Part shown: in pieces, positions 49,598 through 60,500 of the stretch
How the letters are laid out: each line of letters begins with the position of its first letter
How positions within the stretch are numbered: position 1 is the first letter of the stretch
NCBI GenBank assembly: GCA_030704615.1
Contig: CM060733.1
Coordinates: forward strand, 248,001 to 312,000
Direction of reading: 5' to 3'
DNA: 64,000 nt
Origin: Takakia lepidozioides
Lineage: Eukaryota > Plantae > Bryophyta
Program-made: the position numbers and the translations under genes
The notes under the pieces: model-generated
What the model was told of the DNA's origin: nothing
What the model saw: the letters and a program-made list of their open reading frames with translations, nothing else
Database searches by the model: none

Positions 49598-52500
49598 CTG
49601 AGCAGGCAGAGATTGAAACACGGCCTGCTAAGACCAAGCTGACCCTCCCAAGAACCTTGTAAACATCAGGAAGAATACCATGCCCTGCGGTCGACCACCC
49701 ACCCACGAACGCGGGAGAGGAGGGGAGAGGAGAGGAGATGAGGGAAAAGAGAGAGCAAAAAAATGATACTGCTGTTTGATCCCGCCGTGCATCGCGGCCT
49801 AAGCGATGTCCTTACCATGACTACCCCTTACAATTCAACAATCCCCACCTGTAACATTATATTTAACGTGTTTTAAACCCCCCTATTTATGTATAAAGTT
49901 GTACATGGGGGGTTTAAAATACCCCCTCCTGTGCACGCACGTGGCTGGTACATATTGGCTGGAGTGCACCCCCAGGCTACAAGGCAACCCCCTCGGTAGC
50001 GCAGTTATAGTATGCGCACGCGCCAGGTGCGCACTAGCACGTGAACTCCCAAAGAAGGTGCAAGTTTCCTTGCCCCTTGGATGGAAGTCACCCGATTTTG
50101 GCACTACGCAAACACACGATTAATCCAATTTACCTCTCCCACTTTTGTAAGCTAGCATGCATTCTACACACTAGCCAACCATACCATGCATCACCATTCC
50201 AAACAAAATAGGAGGCACAACATTTGGAAACCATTTCATTTATAACAAAATTTGTACAACACAAGTTTTTTGCAATCAAATTCATGAGCTAGCTAAGCCG
50301 GGCTAAGCATGCATTTCCTTCCCCACGATCCAAGGTTGATGTCCCCATCAACGCTTCCGCTTTTGAGGTTGCCCTTTGAAAGCTGCAACCGCCTTAGATG
50401 CGTTTCCCATTTCTGAGGCACGCACCCAAGATGCCTCCACATGATGATAGCCCTTCCATTTTCACAAGATACTCCGTTTCTCGATTCTTGAACCTCCTCG
50501 ACTTAAGCACTGCCTTTACCTCGTACTCGGGTTCATTTTCATGATCCAACAACACAGGTGGCGGACGCAACACTTGATGCCGATTCGGACGCGCTTCATC
50601 TTTGAAGTAAGGCTTCAAAAAAGAGACGTGGAATACCGGATACACCTTGCTGTTTGCCGGCAGCTCTAATTTATACACATCCTCATTCATAACCTTCCGG
50701 ATGCAAAATGGTTCCGCATACGGATGTACAAACTTCGGACTCACTTCCGGAGGAAGTCGGAAATTCTTGATGGTCAACCAGACCTCCGTGCCTGCCTCAA
50801 ACTTAACTTCTCTCCGCTTCCGATTCGCCTGCCGTTCATATCGTTTCCTAGCTTTGGCAATGTTGTACTTTGCAAGCTTCAACAAACGCTCGCGTTCTTC
50901 CAGCACCGCTGCTGCTGCCAGTTCCTCAACGTCTTGGGCGGCCCAACTTGTCAGCACCAGAGGTGTTTTTCCTTAGAAAAGGGAAACTCCCCGTTACGGA
51001 GTGTTTTGTGTTATTATAAGAGAACTCTGCCGCGTCCAAGTGCTCCACCCAGTCCGATTGGTCTGCCGCCACGTAATTTCGCAAGATCTGCTTCACCACG
51101 GAATTCACCCTTTCCGTTTGGCCGTCCGTCGTAGGTCGGAGGGCGGTGCTCATCTTGAGCCTCGTCCCCATTTTCTTCCAGAGTGCCCTCCAAAATTTAC
51201 TTGTAAACTTTGGATTGCGGTCCGAGACAATATCCTTCGAGAGTCCATGATGCTTGAAGACATGGGCGAAGTAAAGTCACACCGTCTCCCGTGCCGTTGC
51301 CGTCTCCTTGGTGGGAATGAAATGGCCCATTTTACTGAACCTATCCACCACCACCATGATTACATCGAATCCTTTTGACAGCGGCATAGCAGTCATGAAA
51401 TCCATCGAGACACTTTCCCAAGACCCCTCTGGAATCGGCAAGGGTTGTAACAACCCCGCTTGCTTTTTGTACTCGCTCCGGTTTTGTTGGCATGTAGTGC
51501 ATGTCTTGACATACTTCTCGGCCTCCTCCCTCAGTTTGGGCCAGAAATACTCTTTCTTCAAGAGTGCCGCGGTGTGCTTGGCTCCGCCGTGGCTCGTAAG
51601 CGGGCCATAGTGACAATCTCTCAATAGACTATCTCTGATCCCTCCCTTCGGCACGTAGAGACACTTTTGCTTGTACCGAAGCAGTCCGTTTTGCAAGTGA
51701 AACTGCGATTTAACCCCCATCCTTAAGTCTCGCATCACGGACTTCGCCATCTCATCCTTCGGGTAAGCCTTCCGGATCTTTCTTTGGAGCGCCGTCTCGC
51801 CCCTGTACACCAACATGAGCTGGTGCTTTCTACTTAAAGCATCGGCCACCACATTGCCCCGTCCTGGTTTGTATTGGATATCCACGTCGAACACCGCCAA
51901 AGTATCTTGCTATCTAAGTTGTTTTGGGGAGTACTTAGGCTGTGTGGCAAAATACTTCACCGTGACATTGTCATCATACTCGCCCTGATCTAAGATGTCC
52001 CTCTTTGCCCGGTCGCATGCTTAGGAAGTTTTAGATTCAGCCATCATTCCATGCTACGAAAATGCTCCGACCCTAAGAGGAAGTACATACATAGACACAG
52101 GTCAATCAAGCCCAACACATGTGTGAAGGCATGGATAATCTGGGCATTATAACATACATACTTGCATCCTGTTTTTCCTAGCTGCAAGTTCGACACGCCA
52201 ACTTCTGTGATTGGGTTCCCTGCTGCTTCCTTTTGCTTCGCTTCCAGAGTACTAAGGGTATCAATGAAGTATGTAAACGATACCATAGCAATCCATGTCC
52301 TTGTTGCGTCATTTTGAGGTGGATTGGGCTTGCTGATTGGATGGAGGAGCCAAAGCAGGCTTAGATTGTTTAGCCCAGTAGTCTGATAGGGCTGGTGAAA
52401 ATATGAAGCTCCCTGACATTACACCGACCCTGCACACCGGACAGTCGAACCAGGTCAAGGCTTGCAACCATGAGGCACAAAACTTATCAACGCAATTGAA

Positions 52501-52869
52501 AAAGTTACAGACAGTGGGCTCCCCTGTGAATTGTGACTCTTATGTTTATGCATCCGTCATCAACACTCACTTGCAATGCACCCACACAACCCTAACTCTC
52601 CGTCCAGTTACCCCATTTTCCTCACTTAGTCCCCACAAAAACAGTGCGAGAGAGAGATAAAGAGGGACCCAATTGCGTCGAAAACAAGGGGCAAAGGAAG
52701 GCGAGGTCTGCAATACATCAAGGCCGGCCAAGGATCACCACAAATACTCTGCAAGTCAGTGCAAGCTACACTGCAAGCCACCTCCTGTTTGGGCAAATCA
52801 CGAACGCTAATATCCAGCTCTACACTACACACACTATCCTGCTATTCTTGCCAAGTTTTTCTTTTTATT

Positions 52870-53350
52870 CCTCCTTGTTTTTTTGTTTTTTTTAATAAAG
52901 GAAACCTGGGGGAGACAATCCAAGTCCCCCGAAAAGAATGCTGGAGAAAAGGAGCTCCGCGTTTTGCGGTGAGAGGAGGCTCGCTCAACTGATACCCTCG
53001 TCCCCGATTGTTCTTAAGTATCTGCAAATGTATGTGCAAATGTTTGAAGGATTCAGGCTCAGCCTCCTTCAAATTAGATTACCCTTCGCCTCTCGGACGA
53101 TCCTTCAAAACCATGTCTCGTCTTTTTTTCTGTCAAGAGATCGCTTTCCAATGAACTTCCCTCGCGCGATCTGTTGATGAAGGTCTCCTACATCCCCTAG
53201 GACTAACACTGCAACCTTTCCCTTGACAGCGACCTCAGGTCAGGCCTCTTTTACTCCGGCCGCCTTGGAATGAATCATTCCTCCTCTACCCCTCTCATAC
53301 TGCCACTTATCCCCAAATCAGCGGTCTTTCCAGCAGGTCTCATCATTTCC
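52870..53350 (-). mobile_element. Possible 5'-truncated LINE 3' end with poly(A) tail
   Basis: The minus strand ends ...CCTTTATTAAAAAAAACAAAAAAAC after a stop-broken coding-like stretch. Confidence 0.35.
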
Positions 53351-53756
53351 CCATCAATGGCAGCCGGCTATGCGTGAGAAATCATCCCCCCAGCTGCCTC
53401 CCACTAGCCGCCCCCCCACCCCCCCCCCCCGTCACCTTTCGCCTCCCGCTCCTGTCTGCTTTCGTTTCTCGTTGATGCTCGTCTCCCTGCGACCTTGCAT
53501 CACCGCCTTCAATCCTGGGACCAGCTCGATTTCTATTTTTATCTTGCATTGGTGTATATTTGCTGATTTCTAGCTTCGCGCTCTTATCCGCTTATTCTGA
53601 TCTTTGCCCTCCCAGTATCTTGGTTCCCCTTCAGTCCCTTCTCTCTCACTCTTCCTATCTGCCTGGTTTGGTTTTTTAAGTTCCTCTTCTCCTTTCCTCG
53701 TGCAACTACCCCTCTAGCCTGTTGTTTTTTCCTGCTTTTCTCTTTCTTGGCCAATT

Positions 53757-54490
53757 ATGGCTCCTCAGCATAAAACCTTCCATCACAATATCTGATCCCG
53801 CCACCCCAACAGATCAGCGGCTGGAATGGCGCGCAACTCATCTATTCCGACCATTGGCACTGGCTATTTCCAGGCGCATTGTGCGCTGGCTTTTGATCAT
53901 GGTGCTAATGGACCAACCCACCCTGCGCATCACCGTCCCTCGACCCCCCTGATCCCTCGACCCCTGCAGCCCTCGCCTCCACGAACTTCCCTGAACGCCA
54001 CAGGCTTCGCAGGTATCAGTCACTTGAACAGTACCCCTCAGGAATTACCTGGAAATCTGGAAGAAATCTCTGACCTCCAGCATGCCATGGACAAACCGCA
54101 TCCCTCCCTCGGATTGAATGTGAAAACACTCAATTCTACAGTGGCAGATATTCAAGAAAAGGGCGTTCTCCTCCATTTCCCTGGCATAAAAGTGAGCAGG
54201 GACGAGTCGAGAGATTGGGCTGTGCGACATCTGGGAGGGTCTGGCGATTTGAAGCACCACTTTTGTCACACCAGAGGGAGGGTTTTTTTTTTTTTTTTTG
54301 GCTTGAATCCAAAGAGGCGGCAGACAAGGCCCTCTCATTTAACCCCCACTTGGCCGGATTCAATGTTAACATCTTTCCTTGGTCGCGGGCTATGGGGAAT
54401 AAAAATGGCAAGGTGTGGAGTCCTAGGATTATTGCATTGCCTTATATTCCAGATCAATACCTCTTCTTTCTCCAAGAGATTGAGAATTTC
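53757..54490 (+). mobile_element. LINE ORF1 N-terminal part (DUF4283-like), displaced and inverted
   Basis: GFFFFWLESKEAADKALSFNPH...VNIFPWS...PRIIALPYIP is typical of plant L1 ORF1. It is preceded by a pyrimidine-rich leader and frameshifted at a T-run (54283-54299). Confidence 0.7.
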
Positions 54491-55026
54491 CAAGGAACTT
54501 ATGAAGAGACAGTTGGTGCCCCTCAACGCGTCATGGCTCGCCTGAGACAAGATGAGGAATTTGAAGCAAACGGATGACGTTCGGGCATATGTTCAGGCTT
54601 TCAATGTGCTGTTGCTCGAAGTCGCGGACATGACAGAACCAGAAATGGTTTTCAACTTTGTGGCGGGACTGGCCCCACGGGCCAGACGGAATTGGAGGAG
54701 AAGCCACCTAAGACTTTGAACGAGACAATTGAGAGGGCTGAATGTTTCTCGGATGTCCCTAGGGGCGAAAGACAAGGCCGTACGGAGCTGAACCACAAGA
54801 AGGCCCGGCAGGAGGGTGACTCCTTCCGACCGGAAAAGAAGTGGGATAGACCACGCGACGACAATGACACGTGGAAATCGAAGGGAGAGTCTTCACACGT
54901 CAAGGCGGTACCCGGTGCTCCGAAAGAAAAATCAGGTATGGCGGCTTATGGCGGACAGCAGGCGACCTTCGATGGAGTGTGGTTCAATTGCGGGGAGCCC
55001 GGGCACATGGCCAAGAAGTGCACGAA
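54490..55026 (+). mobile_element. Inverted gag fragment of the same Gypsy family
   Basis: [28 protein letters not shown]...[10 protein letters not shown]...[13 protein letters not shown] is near-identical to the intact gag at 35230-34692. Confidence 0.93.
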
Positions 55027-57975
55027 TGGATTTTATATACAAGAATATTCTATATCGGAGATGGGATTTTCCATCCGTAAAGGGAAGGAGCTTATGCGCT
55101 GCACGAAAAAGAGTGATGAGAGTTTGGGGAGGGGGTGGCTATGGCGGGCGTGCTGCGTCGTCTCTTCAAGGGGCCCAATAGTCTGACGCGTCAGGAACCG
55201 CAGTTGGTGTTTGAGGCGGATTGGTCTGCAATCTCACCTGCTGGATTGGGCCTTTTGTTCAAAGAGTTGCTGGCAGATCTGATCGGGGCTCCTCACCTGC
55301 CAGAGGTGGTGCGGGAGCGTCTGCCGTACAGACAGGCTTGGCAGCGCGCGGATGTTTCTGATATTTACTTTCAGAAGCACCTACTGGGTCCTGTAGAGAC
55401 TGGGTTTTTGGTTCGCGGTGTGATCTATGATATGCCAGCGCTCATTCAGTTGCAGGGAAAAGGCAATTCTTCAGCTTCTTCTGGTAACGGCTCGGGGTTG
55501 GGTGATAAGGGGAAGGAAAAGTCAGAAAGTGTGGAAAATCTAGACGTCACGCGTCGAGATTGGTCCACCCTCCTAGACCTTGACACCAGTGCAGCGGCGA
55601 AGGCAGAGACAGGGGCTGTAGAGAGCGTGAGTGCGGATCAGGTTTTAGAGTCTCTTGGTTTGAAGGCAATTCCAGGCCTCCGGGAGCGTGTAGGTGCACT
55701 TACGCAAAAGAAAGAAACACGACAATCAAAATTAGAACAAAAGCAAGCCTTGGAAGAGATTATGGGAACAGGTGAGCTCCTCATTAGTGCTCTAGTGTAT
55801 TTCGCGTCATTCTTCGAGTGATTGTTTGCAATCAGGATTCTTGGGGTAGCGCAGATGAATGACATGACCCGAAATTTTGACTGTAACTAATTTTGTGTAT
55901 CAAAGTTATATGTTCTTGCACTAATTTCCTTGAGTTCAACGCCTAAGGTCAAAAACTGAATGCTTGAAGAGTCCATTTTGAAAATCGTTCATGTGCCAGT
56001 TGGTCTTTTTTCCATGGGGAAATTGCAGTGTAGTAGCTTTTGACAAAATCGATCGCCGCAGGGGATAGCATTCGGGCCAAGTACGCAAATAAAGTTAGAC
56101 AGAAGAAGATGGTGGCAGAGGCTAGGCGAGAACAAGCTAAGCTTGGAATTATACCCACTGCAGCCCCTAAGTCAAGTGCACCTGGCAGAGGTTGGTGTGC
56201 CATGCCTGGTGCACCAGCTCTTGTTCGCTATATGCAGGTAATCTTCCTACCTTACTGTCTTCTCTCTTGTCCTTTCTTGTCATCTGGTCTGAACACTAAA
56301 AAGGAGAACCCAATGTCTGCATATTCTCTCTCATGAAGGAAATAAATGGTAGAATTGCGGAGACTTCCAGTATGTATTTTTACTCACCTGTGGAGTGTAA
56401 TGCTAGAACCAATTACCAGTTGGGAGATAACTCTATATATGGTGTGCTGTTCCTATTACATTTTTTTTAATAGGCTGGAGTTTTTCATTCTAGTTTTGTC
56501 ATTATTGATGCAGGAACGGGGTTTGGTCCAAGCTCTTTTAGCACGTGGGGAAAAAGAAGATGTTGCATCTCTTTTGGACCAGCTTGGTAATTTCCAGTTT
56601 CAGCAGGTCAACTATGTGAGGAAAGACGCAGATGATGCACTAAATGGTGAAGCTTTAAGGTCAGTACTTGGGCATGGAAACTACAGATTCAGTTCCTATT
56701 GTACTAACATTCTCGACTCTCTCTCTTTTCCACACTCTCCCTTCTATGGCAAACAATGTCTTAGGAGTACTTTCTTTTGGATTTTTTACTTTTAAATTAC
56801 TCAAAATAACACTAGCATTTGTGGTGGAGACCTTGGCACCCTGAAAGATCTAAGCGACACATGCTACTAGCTTGGCAACATCAGAGAAATCTGGAGATGT
56901 AGTGCCACCTACTTCACAGTGTCAGCTAAATGGAATAACCAAAATGCTAATTGGAGAATGGGTGAGGTGCAGCAATGATTTGCTACAGAGAATTTGCGCT
57001 AGTTGGGGACTTCCTTCAAAGCAGATCATGGTGGTGCGTGTCAGACGGCCCTAAGCACCTTTGGCTGCCATAGCTTGATACTTCTCTCATGGCGTTCATC
57101 CAAATGTTGTGCATATCAGCAGGTGATCCCCTGTAGCTGGGTTATTAGGTAGGTAGGTCTCCTCATTTCATTATGATTGTGTATTTGTGCATGTTTGTTG
57201 CTCATGACTACTAAGCTATTGCTTAGTAGTCAAATGTGCACATTTACTGAGATTGCATACCTTTTGGGCACCAAAGGCCATTTTACAGAATAAGAGGTGC
57301 TTACATTGAAAACAGCCTCTGCACATTGGGTCCACAAGGATGATCCTGTACATCACACAAGGCTTTAAATGAATATGATGACTGTGGTCTAGACTGTATT
57401 CCTTCCCGAAAGGCCACCATTTTCCTTCTCAATTGTGGGGATGTTTGGCATCAGGTTATTGGAGAAGGTTCACAGAGTGAGGCGGCATTAGCAGCTGTGG
57501 GTGAGTCGGGCTTTTATGTCTGCCGAGTTCAAAGTAAACCATCCAAGGTATGTCCCAGTCACAAACAGGCTCACACCTTGGAATACACTTGAGATGATAC
57601 AAAGCTGGGGAACAGGGTTCTGCTGAAAGCCAATCTGGCAAAAATCTTTTCTGGTATCTGATCTATGTTTATGTCTCTCCAACTCTGCAGGAAGATCAGC
57701 AAAGTGGCAACAGCAATAGCTCAGGCAAACCAAAGGTAGAGCATAATAGGCAGGGAAACGGTTTGGTTTCCTGGTTCAACAGGCTTGCAGAAGGAACTCT
57801 TCACGTCGACGAGGGTGGTAAGGTTCAGGAGTTATTTGGCAGAGGGCATGTGCATTTCTCAGTGTCAGATATGGTGGAGCTGAAGTGGGTAATCGAGGAC
57901 TTGAATGGGGTGTCTTATCGCCGAAGTGCCTTAATCAGCGGTTTTGGGGAGCTTGGCAAGGGAGCCAGGCAATAG
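55027..57975 (+). pseudogene. Unknown multi-exon gene remnant (5' part lies inverted at ~52330-51973)
   Basis: A 228-aa ORF at 55135-55821 with a GTGAG donor at ~55772, then exon-like ORFs 56035-56237 (ending MQ|GTAATC) and 56513-56659 (CAG|ERGLVQ...EALR|GTCAG). No family recognised. Confidence 0.5.
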
Positions 57976-58559
57976 CTCAGTTTTCTCTCTTCTCCTCATT
58001 TTCAAGAAATCACATTAATATGCAGGTCACTAGGGGCCCCAGAAACAAGGGCTTGTTGAAGGAAATGTAGATCTTGCATCTGGTGCTGTGTAGAATTTCA
58101 ACATATGTGCATAATTATATGTAGAGTCTTCAGCTTATTTAAACTAAAGTGGCAGGCACTTGATAGTGGAACTCCTGTTGTTTCATGTACACCTTTTATA
58201 CTACCCTTTCCATCATAATTTATTGCTACTCAAATTGTTAATTCTCAGAGAGCTAGGAGCATGTAGCAGCAGAAAAATGTTGCCTTACTTTATGTTTACG
58301 CCTGGCACCATTTTTTCTGGAAATCAATGTCCACCACCATCCAGCTCGCCTGCCATGTGACATGAATGGCCTCTCTCTCACTCAATGGACAACCCCACCC
58401 CGAGACTTGCACAGAATTACTGTGGACTTGGACGCACAACTTTCTCCCTTTCACTTACACAATTGTACAATGCCCCATACACAATGACCAACATGAAGAT
58501 ATAAAAGCTCTGATCTCCAGAGCTTCTGTGCAAGGATTGTGCGTGGTATAAGGCAAGAT

Positions 58560-60500
58560 ACGGCTACTGCGCAAATAGAGTCCATCAGGGCAGCTCTACG
58601 CCCATTCATGCATCAACTGTTTTGGTTGACTGCAATCTGCTGGCGGGACAATTTTTACCATGCGAGAGTGGTAAGATTCCATATACACGAGGTGGGACCT
58701 TACAATCATTGCGCATTCGCCCCCACAGTAAGGTGGATTAACCTGGTCATACTCTGAATGAGTAAACGTAGTCATTGTACATATTCCTACGCCATGATGT
58801 GTGTTCGACAGACACAAATCTCTCATCACAAGCCTTGTACTGCGCAGGATCATATCACTCCGATGCGCCGCATCGTTGCTAGTGTCTGGCACGTAGCATT
58901 TACTGGTTGCCTCCCGTTCAGTAACTGATACATACGGAGGATTGTAGCAGAGTTCCGGAAGGGTTGTCTTGCGCAGGTTGAGGTTCATCTGCACCAGTAC
59001 AAAAGGCCTGCCACTTCACTTGTGGACCTCCTAAATTGAATGAAGGTCGCGAATTCCGATCTGGGCCGACAACCCACGATTCAACAACATGCCTCAAATG
59101 GCGTTCTTGGGTCCACATGTGAAGCGCACATGTACTCTTCCGACTAAATAAGTGTCTCAACATCTTCGCAATCTTGTGAGATTTTCTCCCACTTTTTTCT
59201 GCCTCATCAAATTTGGACCACGAAGTTGTTTGGGGGAGGGAGGGAATGCCCAACTGCGTTTACAACAATCATGATCGCTCAGCAGAAAATAGAACGGCAA
59301 GTTCGGTAGATGAGCAATCATGGCTATCTGCGGTAACTTAATGGAAATCTGCAAGAGCAGATTGACCTGGCCATTTTCGACCTCTGTTTTTGCTTGTTGG
59401 ATTCTAGACAAAGGGCCAGCGAGGAATTTATCAGGCGCACCCCAAGGGGCCAACAAGCCCGGCTAAGTTAGGGCACTCCTCAGCAAAATTGTAGGTAGTA
59501 CATAAATGCAAGCCTCCAATGCCAAGCTTTTTGTGTATCAGTGCCCAACTTTTGAATGGTCAGTGATCAGGCTCCAGTGACGAGATATTTTGTGCAGCAT
59601 GTGCTGTTGGGATCTCACTTAGAATCTACCTTTCTACCCTCACAAAAACCTATATCATTGGTTGCACCCTGGAATTGTATAGTTGCGAGATGTGGATATC
59701 TCTATCTTTGCACCCAAGTTCTTGTTTACGTCTGGGATCACAGACTCACAGTGCGCCATTGGGCAACCCTTTTTTCAAATTACGAATCTAACCTCAGTTT
59801 CAATTCGATTCTCATCGGACCACCCATCCCAGACTTATGTGCAAATTACAAAACACAGGAGAAGTTTGCTGCACTCACACATGCAGAGAGGTTCGACAGA
59901 ATCAAACTTGCCTGTGTGAGCCGCTCCCCACATCACAAAACAAGCCTAAAACGGGGATGGGCCCTCTTGCTTTGGCAAAACATAAGAGGAAGGTGAGAGT
60001 AAGGGGCCTGACTCAGCACAACACACCAATAGGAGCCTTGACACGGTCCTTTGACCACATTTTCTCCCTTGACTTGAACATGTTGCAAAGTCTCTCTCTG
60101 CAAGAGAGCCAACAAAGTCCCACCTCCCCTGGGACTTGTGGTGCACCCAACCTTGTACAATAGTTCGCTCAAACACAAAGATGGGCCACACTTGCATTGC
60201 TTGACTTAACTTTTATGCACATTGTCAAGCAAAAGAGGCATCAATTGAAACCTACTTTTTAGGGAAAAATCAAAGATCAAACACTCCTCTCCCTTGCATG
60301 ATGTAAAATAACACACTGCCTGGACCCTCTTCACCAGAGCGACACCTACCTCTTCACTCCATCCCCTTATAAGCCAGCACATTCCCAAGCTCTCACAATC
60401 GAGAACATTCATCGCTGTGGGCAGGCATGCAATGACTAAGCATGTCTCCCCTGCATGAGATCGCAATGTGGGCCCCATGCAACCGCCATTTGCCCCTACT
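58560..60500 (-). pseudogene. Highly degenerate coding-like region, possibly a transposase remnant
   Basis: A chain of short overlapping minus-strand ORFs (58596-58994, 58918-59253, 59157-59456) with Cys/His-rich patches. Not identifiable by eye. Confidence 0.25.

Larger units (their letters stand above)
46440..49976. mobile_element. Non-autonomous short-TIR DNA transposon (hAT-like, 8-bp TSD) carrying captured OSB/PPR sequence
   Basis: Ends are CCTGGGGGGTGCACT / AGTGCACCCCCAGG, with TSD CTACAAGG at 46432-46439 and 49977-49984. The empty site is visible in the intact Gypsy at ~30828 (CACTACAAGGCAACCC). A 9-bp reading (CTACAAGGC) with asymmetric ends is also possible. Confidence 0.9.
45243..51972 (-). 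mobile_element. Older, truncated copy of the same Gypsy chromovirus (3' LTR 45243-45896, 3' UTR, frameshifted integrase/chromodomain), nested in LINE ORF1
   Basis: Collinear with 29567-32830 with substitutions and indels. The LTR has an internal deletion. It is interrupted at 46440-49976 and truncated in RNase H at 51972. Confidence 0.93.
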
